64,000 bases of DNA from Octopus sinensis (taxonomy: Eukaryota): positions 26,164,001 to 26,228,000 of the forward strand of contig NC_043014.1 of the NCBI RefSeq assembly GCF_006345805.1, in the 5' to 3' direction. Below the pieces are notes generated by a model, which was given only the letters and a program-made list of their open reading frames with translations, searched no databases and was not told the origin of the DNA. Below are positions 51,685 to 64,000 of the stretch, piece after piece. The position numbers were made by a program, and so were the translations under genes. Within the stretch, counting starts at the first letter, position 1; each line of letters starts with the position of its first letter.

Positions 51685-52279
<595 letters not shown>

Positions 52280-54180
52280 CAAGCTGAAGGTGACCCGTTC
52301 TACGCGCAGGTGAGGCTGTGGTTGTTACTTCCTGTTGCTTCCTCACCGCATTCTTCCTCTTTGTTTCTCTCTCCTTTTTCACTTTCCTACTCTCTTACTC
52401 TTCCTTTCTCTCGGACTCTCCCTCGCTTTCTCTTACTCTTTCTCTTTCTCTATCTATCTCTCTCCTATTTATAAAATACAAAAGATCTGAAGTAAGATGA
52501 GAAAGAAAAACTATTTTGAAAGATAATCATAAATATCAGGAAATATCAGGTAGTGACAACGGAAAGCACACTTACCTTTTGTACTTGCTACTATCTGAGC
52601 GATTAAAAATAAGGAAAAAAAGGATTTCTTTGTTAAATTTAGTACTTATTTGGGGAATTTTTCGACGATTGACCATGTAAATGAAAGCTCTAAATACGGG
52701 TTACATGCAACTGTAAATTTCTTTCAGAGAAAAAGAAAACTGTAAACAATAAAATATAAAAGGTAAAAATACGTAAAAACGAGAAATATTTTTCAACTTC
52801 AAAAATCTTGCCTTAATTTTCAAAATTTCGAACCTATTTTCTGCGCTTAAATTACAAATCCGCCTCCACTTTACCATGTTGAAATTTTGATTGAAATCGG
52901 GCAAAAGGTGTCCGATCTAGACCCCCCCCCCCCCAAGTGTTCCCCAAAATCAATAAAATCCCCGTTTTCACAGCAAAGCAACTATTGTAGCGCCCTAAAA
53001 GTCTCCCAATCAATTTCTCACCTCAAGTTACCCCCTCCTGTAAATTTTAATCTCTTTCCAGCCTCATTTAGACCACTTTTTATATAAAAATCCAATTTGT
53101 ATCAACGTTGGCCTTCCTTCTTCATTTTATAGATAGGATTAGATGCCAATCGCGCCAATCTGGAGGGGCTTAGAGTCCTCTTACATCGATAAACAATCAC
53201 TCTTCTCACCATAGCAACCGCATTTTTTCAGATGGTAAGTTTTAACCTACTCAACTCTCTGCCTCATCACGTTTTCTATGCCTATGTCAATTTTCAACTC
53301 GATCTGACCACTGGTCTGGTGCCAACCTCTGACGTAGCAAAATGTGCACACAATTTTGACCAAAAGCCTCTTTTATTTATATAGATAGCAGAGAAACCCG
53401 GTCTTGCTCGGGATTAAAATAGTTTATCATTGTTTTATTTGTTTCGGTATTATAACTCGATTTCATTCGGGTCTACGCGAGCCACACTTTAAAGATGAGG
53501 AATTTTGCCCTAGAGGCCACACCTTTCAATTGAGCAAACTCAAAGTTGCCATGCAAATTCGCCATAGGTGTGCAAATTTTCAGCTGAATCCGACCATATT
53601 TACTAACACTTTTGCCTGTATAACGACTTATGAGACAACGTCTGCCATTTTCACAAATACGTAGTAGACCAACAGAGATGCCCGGCCTTGCTTGGGATTA
53701 AAATGGCATCGTTTTTCATTGTTTTACTTGTTTCATTCGGGTCAAATCGAGTCACATTTTAAAAGATGAGGAATTTTGTCCAGGAAAAAAATAATTGCCA
53801 TGCAGACTCGCCAGCACTTTTAACATAGGTGTGCATATTTTCAGCTCAACCGACCACATAATGCACACATAATATATATATATATATATATATACGCATT
53901 GAATATATATATGTACATATATACGCATTATATATACATATATATATATGTGTGCATGTGTGTGTGTGTACGCATTATATATATAAATGTATACAAATTA
54001 TATATATATATATATATATATATAAATACAGATAGACACACTTTGTATATATACATTATATATACATATTTATATATAGATACACATACACATATATAAA
54101 TTAGCCCAATAAATATCTGATTTATAATATTTGTTCTCATAATTGTGTGGTGGTGGTGGCGATAATAATTCTCTCGAAAA
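52280..54180 (-). mobile_element. Chain of three Helitron-like units related to 38778-42353
   Basis: 3' CTTG|T at 52280; internal hairpin/end-to-TC junctions at 53385 and 53668. Confidence 0.7.
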
Positions 54181-54882
54181 CTCCATTTAGCTGGCACCAA
54201 TTTTTATCCCTACATGAATAGCTGGTTTCATTTTGTAGCTTTTGTGTGTTGTTTGCGATTATATTTTTAAAATTAATAGTTGAGCTGAAACTGATTTTTA
54301 AGTTATGTCTATTGAACAGGTTTCTGTAACTATGATTGACTGGAAAATGTCTATCTATCAGTACTAAGACATACTTACATATACTAAAGGTCACTTCGGG
54401 GGAGTAGGGGTATGTGAACCAGATAGTTTTCCTAATCCTATGTTTCCTTTTCTTTATTATTGGTCTGGTGGCAGGTGTACAGGCTATCTCCTTGCTAGAT
54501 CCACTATATTTTAGAGCATTATTATATACTGGGGCAACGCTATTAAGAATGTCCCTATCGGAGGAGAGGCTAGAAATTCTTTTCCCCTGTTCCCGCCGCT
54601 ATTCCTTCATGCTGATAAGATTTTTTAAGGGTGGAGGGTGCACTCACACCATCAAAACATGATGGTGTTATTTGCTGATAGCATTTTACTGAACTAACTG
54701 AACATGATTTTGTTTATAGTGACCATTGCAAGACAATGCACACTCTCTACGTCAAAAAATCATTTACCTGTGCCGGTGCACTATGTGCCATGTGTCAGAT
54801 GCTAAATCGATCGCAGATTTGTGATCAGAGTGACTTTCTCCTAGTCTAGTTGCTCGAAAGCTACAGAGTCCCTCGTTTGTGT

Positions 54883-54968
<86 letters not shown>

Positions 54969-55269
54969 ATTTATATATATGGGTGTGCTTATGTCTTTGT
55001 GTCTGTGTTTGTCCAGCCACCACCCTTTGACAACCAATGTTGTTGTGCTTGTGTCTCTGCAACTTAGCGGTTCAGCAAAATTAAATCGTTGGAATAAATA
55101 CTAGATTTATAAGGAATAAGTCCTGGTGTCGTTTTCTTTGTCTAAGAATGGCCGTAGTGAAACGAATGAAACAAGAAAAACAAGAAAATAATAAAAAACA
55201 TGTACGTATGCATAAATATGTATGCATGCAAAAGAAAGCGGAATTTTGATTTATTGTTCTATATTTTCC

Positions 55270-55700
55270 ATTTGAAAGAATGCTTCTGTCCAGATGCGTT
55301 TTCCACTTTTCGAAGCAGCGCTGAAACTCTTGCGACGCAATTTCTCGTTCAAAATTCGTTGGCAGGAGCTCCAGGAAACGCCAGTCATGTCAACAAGTTC
55401 GTCAATTGTTCGGTGACGGTCCTCCAAGATCCGTTCATGAATTTTCATGATGTTTTCACTCTATCGGGAGGTCGACCGTCTCCCTGAACGTGGTTGTTTT
55501 TCAAGCGACCAACGACCATTTCCAAAGCGTGGAAATGACTAGTAAAATTGTGTTTTACTCATGACAGCCTCCATGTAATTTCTTTGAAGTAGAACAACTG
55601 TTTTGGCCGCCGTTTTCCCCAACAGAAAATAGAATGTTTCGGAAGCACGGATTTTCACGGATTTCATCCATTGTCAAAACGACGATCAAAGTGAGAAGCA
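55270..55700 (-). mobile_element. mariner transposase N-terminal remnant
   Basis: FCFLLGKTAAKTV...PRSGRRSTS...KIHERILEDRHRTIDELVDMTGVSWSSCQRIL. Confidence 0.8.
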
Positions 55701-55839
55701 CTGCAGAACAAAGACGCACCACATGGCCGTACAGCAAATAACAAAACCTAGTTCTCCAATTATTATTGGTATAAGTATATAGAAGCTGGAGGTTTCGAAG
55801 CAGTTGTCCATAGACATCCTATTTTTCTTTGATTTTCAG

Positions 55840-56135
55840 AGAGATATTTATACCTACAGGGGAGCTAACCTCTATGATGGTACATACCATTGCCCCACTG
55901 TTCCAAACAACAATATTCGACCTGTTATGCTTATATTTGACAAAAGTTTTGATGGGAATATTCCACCAGTATTCTTTGATTTGGCGTATTCCATAACAGA
56001 GGGATTTTCTAAGTTTATTGCAGGACAGTCTATTTTGCGGATGACATTATAAATTGTTTTATCAACAACATCGTACCACATAGGGAGGTAGTATCGTGAC
56101 GGCACTTTAGGACAGCTGCTACAGAAACATGACAT
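55840..56135 (-). mobile_element. RLE-type LINE C-terminal fragment, related to 29290-29670
   Basis: SSCPKVPSRYYLPMWYDVVDKTIYNVIRK aligns by eye with SNCPKILPWYYLLMRHNVVAKTLYNEIRR. Confidence 0.7.
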
Positions 56136-56657
56136 AGTCTACACATGAAGTTGCACCTTGAGATTACAAGAGCATCACTGTCTCTCTTGTTGAGTGAGAT
56201 AGCTGCTCATTCCATCAAAGTGACAGTGGGGTAAAATATACGAAGCTCAGTATCCACATCATGACTACTCTTCTGATAAGGGTACACCAGGCACATATAT
56301 CACAACCATATGTGCGCGACATGGCTATCTCATATCAAGATAAGCAACACATGACCTTGCATGTGATACCCAGTTAGAATTTTCTTTAAGTCGAGTAATC
56401 CATCCCGCTCAAAAGGTCTCTGAATAAGGGTTGTTTAAGGATATCAGACGATATACCCTGTTTCCAAAGGTGATGCTCCCACAGTACTTCTGCAAGTGAT
56501 CAGAACTGCACATATCATCAGTCACTAAGAGACATGCTTAACTGGCTTAGGTCAAACAACCGACAAGCGAATCTGTGGTATTGAGCAGAATATTTGCTGT
56601 AGCCCATCTTTTATACCAAGGTAAAACAATATACATGATAACACTTCCAATCAGAAG

Positions 56658-56717
56658 CAACAACAACAACAACAACAACATAACAACAACAACAATAACA
56701 ACAATAACAATAACAAC

Positions 56718-56764
<47 letters not shown>

Positions 56765-56940
56765 GAAGAAGAAGAAGAATGAAGAAGAAGAATGAAGAAG
56801 AATGAAGAAGAAGAAGAAGAAGAAGAAGAAGAAGAAGAAGAAGAAGAAGAAGAAGAAGAAGAAGAAGAAGAAGAAGAAGAAGAAGAAGAAGAAGAAGAAG
56901 AAGAAGAAGAAGAAGAAGAAGAAGAAGAAGAAGAAGAAGA
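56658..56940. repeat. Trinucleotide relay (AAC)n-(AAT)n-(AAG)n
   Basis: Directly visible. Confidence 0.95.
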
Positions 56941-57053
56941 ACTAATCAGAAGCCATGAGAGTCACAGCCCGGTACTTCACCAATGCATTTACTAGCACTG
57001 CATCAGGACATTGCCTGGTACTGTACCAGGACGTTTCATTATTATTATTATTA

Positions 57054-57109
<56 letters not shown>

Positions 57110-57616
57110 GTTAGTTATTATTATTATCATTATCATCATCATCGCCATAAAAGGACGTCTGTTTTTGGAGCTGTGTAAGTTTATGACTAATTCACTTGTT
57201 CTAAATGGCCCTATACTGTATTTTGTTGTTTGAATCGTTTTGCAAGACACTTGCCCTTCGGGGTCGGTGGGGGGGGGGGGGGTCGGCTGACGTTTGATAA
57301 CCAAAGCCCTATTTTAGGGGGTGATACAAACCTTTTTGTTTTCAAATTTCTTCGAAAATTTGCTTTGAAGAAAGTAAACACTGAAGGTGACGACGAAAAG
57401 CAGGAGTGAGGAAGGAAGGTGGTACGTCAATTTGCACGAGAACTTCGCTGTCCTCTCCACCATGATTTGCAGTAAAACAAGAAGAAGAAGAAGAAGAAGA
57501 AGAAGAAGAAGAAGAAGAAGAAGAAGAAGAAGAAGAAGAAGAAGAAGAAGAAGAAGAAGAAGAAGAAAAGCAGAATGCAGGCGAAAGGAAGGAAGAAGTA
57601 AGGTCTTCCTGACAAC

Positions 57617-58598
57617 ATGGAAATTGTAATAGCAGGAAGAACAATATTGTCAACAATTACGAAGAGTCTAACAAAAATTGAGGAAGCAAAGGGGAAAGAG
57701 ACTTTTGCAAATAATTCAGCAGCTAAGGAATTGGTTAACATCTCATTGGAGAGCAAAACAGAAAAGCTAAACAAAGCAGCAAAATATAGGAAAACGAATG
57801 GAAGAGGGGTAGAATTGACGCCTCCAAGCGACGTGCTTGAAGCAACATCTAAACGGATAGTTGTGTACAGGTGCATGAACACAAAGACAAGGAAACTCGA
57901 AAACTCTAAACGCGACCAGGTGGAAAATGTCTTGAAAGACATATGGCAGAATATCCACCACATTGCGAGAGCGAGTATGGGTTCTTTTTAAGACTGAGGG
58001 GACAGGTGATAGAGAGCTCGGTGACTACGCGTCGCACCCAGGAAATCGTCCTCTTCTCAATGCATATGGGAAGAAGGACGGTACCAATTACGGTACCTGG
58101 AGTCCCATCAGGCCTGAATTTGTGGTGGATTCTCAAATGTATTTGTACGGACAGGGGAGAGAATCTCCTGGATGTTAAAAGATCGAGTGGAGAGAATTGG
58201 GTTGGGACGGCCTTGGAAGTTCTTCTCCATGTGAAGCCAGACAGTTAGAGAAAGACCCAGACCCGATTTCCCTCTCGAATGGAGTAGAACTAAGGGTGAA
58301 CGTGGAGGGCAAAAGGCCGGGGTGACACGAATGTGGTTCAACGGGCCATTTACAGTTTTTCTGCTCACTGAACCAGAACAGAACGGTAGGAAGAAATGTC
58401 CAAACGAAAGCACCACAACTCATGATTCAACAAAAATAAATAGTTCAATAACAGCAGAAAGGCAGGGGAATAGAAACAGAAATCGAAATCAAGGAGACAA
58501 AAACAAGCAGCTGTTACAGTAAAGGTTGCAGTGGAAATAGCACCAGAGCAGTGGCGGAAGCTACAGTAGCAGAAGCAACAACAACAACAACAACAACA

Positions 58599-58633
<35 letters not shown>

Positions 58634-58750
58634 AAGAACCAGAACAAACAACACCAGAAGAAAACATACAAATCATGGACTCCTCCACGCATCCAAGTGA
58701 TGAAGAAGGGGAAGCCAAACGGCAAAACAAAAAACAAGAAACTGACACAT
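57617..58750 (+). pseudogene. Fourth Tx1-clade ORF1 remnant
   Basis: KRIVVYRCMN...VENVLKDIWQNIHHIARASMGS, FSMHMGRRTVPITVPGVP resemble element 1 ORF1 (KRTVVFKTF...IEKCLAPIWRDIVYISRG); frameshifted. Confidence 0.7.
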
Positions 58751-58989
58751 TACAAAGACGGTCACCAGGAAGATTTTTAGCATTAAAAGTCAGAAAGTAT
58801 GATTATTTCGTGGTTATTGAAGTGTGTTGGTCTCGAGCAAAATTCGAAATAGCCAATCGAAGCGGCTGTCGTTTACATCTCAGTTTTGTCAATCAAAATA
58901 ACCCGTGGTACCAGAACATCCAGACATTATTCGCATAGAACAATGAGAGGTATGTCTCAGTTTGATATTTTTGCAACCCTAAAGATTCC

Positions 58990-59136
58990 GCTTGCGCATT
59001 CACAGCAAACAAGGCACAGGCCCAGACGTTAGATCGTGGTGTATTTTTATTCACTCTGATGTTTATACAGGGCCAGTTATACGTCGCTATGAGTAGAGCA
59101 ACGAACTCCAAAAATCTGAAAATTAGTGTCGACTAA
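58990..59136 (+). pseudogene. Helitron Pif1 helicase C-terminal fragment
   Basis: AFTANKAQAQTLDRG...GQLYVAMSRAT (motifs V/VI). Confidence 0.8.
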
Positions 59137-60504
59137 ACAGAAAACATCAAGTTTTATAATCATATTGATGTTATAGAAAGGACTATGATTCATAATTTAA
59201 ATAAGGAAATTTGTGAGCTTTGGATGTGTAAGAGTATAAACAAGCGTAAAATGCTGTAAACAACTAAAATAAAAGTATATCTAAATAGCATTTTTTCTTA
59301 ATCCTTTTTTATGTAGTGGTCAAAGGAAGATCTGGCTTTCGTTAGGAGTGGTCCACATAACCATTCATGATACAGAGACTGGGAGCTTATTTCAGTCCAG
59401 GAGTGAATCGTCATCACATGTCGCAAACACATGTCATATAGCTGCAATAGAATGCTATATCACCAAAAATAATGTGATTTCTCTCAGACATCACCCAGTA
59501 GTCTATCAACTTCATTTACACATTTCTTAATGCATACTGCATACCTCCCTCCCTCCTTCATTTTATGCCTCTATCGTATAGAGTCAACATTAAAAGAAGA
59601 GTGCCATTGTTATCTAGTGAACGATATTTCGACATCTCGTGTGTCTTCAACTGGTTCAAAAAATAAATTTGTCAATCTACTTCATTTTGGTTAATATATA
59701 TATGAAAACATGAACGGAATACAACATTTGAAGATTTGTAAAACCTTTACCGAGTTGTACCGTAGATTATATCTTCGATTTCGGTTTATGGTTAACATTG
59801 TTCACTTCTTGAAGTAAACGGAAAAATAATAGAGAACACTTCTCAAAGTAGAAGAATGACAAGTTTAGAGCGAAGAATATAGATTTAAAATATGTTTTGT
59901 CATAAAACTGTACCTTCAGTACAAACTGTTGCGAACAGCTATAGAATAGCTAAGCTAGGATTCGAAACCGAATCTACATTTTTCCACGTCGTAAACAAAG
60001 CCTCGGCCTTAGCCTTTTTGCTCTCAGAGATTAATGACAATAGGCTAATCTCTCAGACCTTCTTAGGGTAATCACAAGTCAAATCTGATTAAGGCCGAAG
60101 AACCCTATTGTTTTAGCTGACCTAATTCAGTTATCCGCAAGTTATAAACACCCACGCCAAATAGTTTTCAGTCTCTTTGTCTCTGTCTCTGATTCATGAG
60201 CACTACCCGTTCCGATGGAGGGGAAAGAGACAACACTGCTTATACTCTCTGCTTGTCAATACAATTCTTACTCTTCCCTTCACTTTGGGTTAATCATCTC
60301 TGGACATACAGCAACTGTATCAGAATGCGAAAGTAAAGTGTTTATTGTCTCTAGTTACATACATTCCTTTCATTTTGTCTTTCTCTCTTGTTGACACAGA
60401 TATGAAGTTAACAACTATCATATACAATACAATTAGAGTAATATTTTACTGCATCTATAAACAATTCATGAAGTTATAGTACACTCCAGCTCGTATCCGA
60501 GCAT

Positions 60505-63100
60505 TGGGTTCGTCAGTTTCTATCCAGTCTCCTCGGCAGATGTTCGTGCTGAATGTAACTTTGGAGTCCAAGTCGGTGGTGAAAGAGTCGTGGGTCGAAT
60601 TCGCACAGAATGGTCGGTGCGGGCCGGGGATGTTGAAGACGCTCCTTTCTTCTGTGTTTTACATCCTCATTCTGTTGTCTGTTCAGCTCGAAGGAGCTGT
60701 TGAGCCGGGGTCCGTTTGAGCTGGTCTTTAAAATGGAATTTCGGACCTCCTCTGGGTCTTGTTCTGTTTGCAAGCCCTCTCATCTCCCGAGGACCATTCT
60801 CTTGCATGATCCTCGGGAGATGAGAGGGCTCCATACGCTGAACGTGACCTGCCCAGCGGATACGATGGCGAAGAATGGTGGCGTTGATGCTTGGTAGTGA
60901 GGTGCGGCGAAGAACCTCGTTGTTGGTAATGTAGTCTTACCATCGATTATTGAGGATCTGTTGTAGCTTGGATTTCTGGAAGTATTAAAACACTTGAAGT
61001 AACGACAGTACAGCGTCCAAGTCTCACAAGCGTAGAGAAGAGTTGATAGTACAATGGCACGGAAGACCATGATCTTTGCCTGGATGATCAGCGCGTGATT
61101 GAAGAATACACGTTGGCTGAGTCTACCGAAGGCGGAGTGGGCCGTCCTGATCCGGTTCTTCACACGTGGGTGTCTTCAGGAGAATACTCCCAAGGTATGA
61201 GAAGTCTTCAACTTCTAGGGGTTGGCCGTCAATGCTTATATTCGTGGGTGAAGTGTTCTGGTCTGGTGCAGTTTTGACTAAGGTCTTGGTCTTTAATGCA
61301 TTTCGAAGCGTTCGTAACCCGCATTGTAAAGATCGGCCGTCTTTGTAGGCCATCTGCGGTCCGGCTCGGGGTGGCATTATCGTCGGCATGCTGCAACTCA
61401 CAGACTGAGATGGCAGAGGTCCTCGTCTTTGCGCGGAGACGTGCAAGATTGAGGAGTCCGCCATCCAAGCGATAGCGCATATTGAAGGAAGGTGAGCTTG
61501 GTGGAATTTCGTTGAACATGGTGACCATGGACAAATAAAAACATGTTGGTGCCAGGACGCATCCTTGCTTAAAAGCCCCAGTAATGGGAAACAGATCTGT
61601 GAGGGCATTTTGATGGCATACCCTACCCACCGTGAAAGTAACGGACCAGAGCAATGAAGTCCTCCGGATATCCAAACCGAGCAAGGTCGGCCCACATTGC
61701 AGGATGGGGGACCTTGTCAGAGGCTTTCTTTAGATCCCGGCAGTTGTTGTTCCTGTCGCTTCTAGTAAAGTTGGTGGGCACAAAAGATCATGTTGATTGT
61801 GCCTCGAGAAGGTCGAAAGCCACAATGGGACTCAGGGAGGACGTCTTCTGCGAAGATAAGGAGGCGATTGAGTAGGATACGAGTAAAGATTTTACTTGCA
61901 ATACTCAGGAGTAAGATGCCCCGATAGTTGTTGCTATCCTCTCGGTCTCCCTTCTTGTAGATGGTGATGATAGTTGCATGGCCGGAAGTCGTTCGGGGGT
62001 GGGGTTCTTGTTTTCCCAAACCTTGAGGATAAGGAGCTCAGGGCCTCCGTGCGTGGAAAACTCAAATGGAATGTTGTCTGATTCTAGAGCTTTTCCCGGC
62101 TTCATGCGCTCGAACAAGGTATTGAACTCATAGGGTGAGTGCTGCAGAGAATAGTGGATGGGTAGCTGTGGGATGTTTTAGAGAAGATCGTCAGGAGTGC
62201 GTAAGCAGTCGTTAATTAGGCTCTCGAAATGGGACTTCCAGGAATCGAGGATTACCTGGATGTCGGTTATCATAGAGCCAGCTGCGTTCTTCAGGTCACC
62301 CACTGATGACCTTGTGGGGCCGAAGATTGCCTCATAAAAGCGACGCAAGTCTTGTTGATCTGCATAGTTTGTCATGCGTGGGGACTGCATGGATGGTGCG
62401 GTCCAGCAGGTTGAAGAACGAAGCCTTGAAGTCATTTTGAGATGTGATGGTAGGGGTGTGCACAGAGATCAGCATAAGGGATCTGTTCCGAATGAGCGGG
62501 ATCCGAACAGTAATCAGGCGCTCGCTGACAGCAGTTGGGTCGAGTCTGTGTTGGTCCACAAGTTTCGTTTTGATGGCAAAGCTCCAGCGACCGCGATACC
62601 GTCGGCATTGAGCTTTTTATTTTATTTTTTGAGACTCAAAGTGTAGAAAGACGAACCCAATCGCTGAGTAAATTGTTTGAGGTGACCGTGGCTGCGCGAC
62701 AGCCACTCGCACGCACTTGGCCAGGAACTTCTCCACTGCGGCTCAAGAATTGAGACGTGCAGTCTTGTTGAGGCTGGTTGCAGCGAAATGCCGGAGTCTA
62801 TCTGAGATTTTACAAAAACAACAAAAATATTTTAAAATTTTCTTTGTCACACCTGCCCACTAGGCGTTGCCCTCTTCCACCAGAATCAATCCTTGGGGAC
62901 TTAAGGTTGCCCTCCTCTGCTTGCTTTGCCGTTGGGCGTCTTGATGTTGGTGTTTGTTCGTGTTTAATCAGGGACCTCATCCTCGACCTTGTCGCCATGG
63001 CTTGCCCTACCAGGAGTCTAAGACTCCAGACAGCATCGCTCTCGGAATCATTGGAACACACAAGCTCTTCCACCACGGCAAGGGATGACCAACGGAAGAG
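60505..63100 (-). mobile_element. RTE-clade LINE, decayed with internal deletions, 5' UTR retained
   Basis: VSERLITVRIPL, NYRGILLLSIASKIF, PESHCGFRPSRGT, KQGCVLAPT, QHADD, LLYACETWT; RTE-type 5' sequence CCCTTGCCGTGGTGGAAGAGCTTGTGTG. Confidence 0.88.
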
Positions 63101-64000
63101 GTTATATATCTTATATGCTGTTACTATATACGTTATTATCATCTTCACATTGTAACAACATAATTGATATATGGCCATATTAATAGTCAAGCACACATTC
63201 ATCACTTATTCATTTAACCTATTCATTTTCACCAAAAAATTCCGTTGTTTTATACCATCTCAAGAATCGTGTATTTCAGAATAAACTAGTTTCAACAGAA
63301 AGTGTGTATTTCGTGTTGCTCTATAAGCTTCAAAATATTTACTTAGAATATCTACGGCTCGGCTAATTATTAGATTTTGATACTGATAGATAATGTTAGC
63401 ATCATTAATTTTATTTACTTGCCAAGTAGTGTTGAATATGATAATCACGTGACTACATTAGAGATTTTGGAACGTTATCATGACAACAAGCGACAAACAG
63501 CATGTATAACAAGAAACATCAACATTATAATTAAGAACTTTGGAGAATGTCTTTCAAAACTGGTTTTATCTAGTTGTAATTGTTGTTTTTGTTGTTGTTG
63601 CTGACGTCGTTATTATTGAGATCGTTGTTGTTGACGTTATTGTTATTGTTATTGTTGTGTTGTCCCAAAGTTAGCCTTAATCGAGTAAGATATATGACCA
63701 AAGCATTCCAAGCATTTTATTTATGACAATATTTAAAGTATTATTTCATTTTTAAAGACAATAGAGAGTGCTTTCGGAGTGGTTTGTCCACATCTTAAAA
63801 AACTGAGCGATCGACGTCGAGTGGTTTTTGCTGATGTTTTGATGATGTTTCGGCTTCTGTACTTTGATCTAACATGACCCTGCTTAGTGTAGGCAGCATA
63901 AAAGCACGTGGCGTGGGGTCACCTAGGAAACACGATCATCTACTCAACAACTTCAGGTCACTAACTGTCGATGTAGAGACCATCAGTGAAACCAGACTCT

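Noticed and set aside
57230-57617. SINE-target junction upstream of the fourth Tx1 ORF1
   Set aside because: No SINE head remnant or TSD is visible, so this copy does not support the targeting claim and may be a counter-example.

Overview
Repeat-saturated, AT-rich eukaryotic DNA. It is most likely octopus/cephalopod, inferred from the dominant tRNA-SINE and the density of (TA)n/(TG)n/(TATG)n/(TCTA)n microsatellites. I found no intact host protein-coding gene. The window is a collection of decayed mobile elements: Tc1/mariner remnants, Penelope-like (PLE) fragments with minimal hammerhead ribozymes, an internally deleted two-LTR Ty3/Gypsy element, many Helitron pieces (several joined head-to-tail), a near full-length CR1/L2-group LINE, RLE-type (R4/Dong-like) LINE fragments, an RTE LINE, and four Tx1/L1-clade elements. 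Most striking: three divergent Tx1-clade elements all have their 5' junction at essentially the same position inside the tRNA-derived head of the resident SINE. Two of them have 15-17 bp TSDs, and uninterrupted SINE copies in the window show the empty site. That SINE in turn shares its 3' stem-loop tail with the neighbouring CR1/L2 LINE, which suggests a nested LINE > SINE > SINE-targeting Tx1 > ORF1-only Tx1 dependency. Coordinates were read by eye and most boundaries are approximate.
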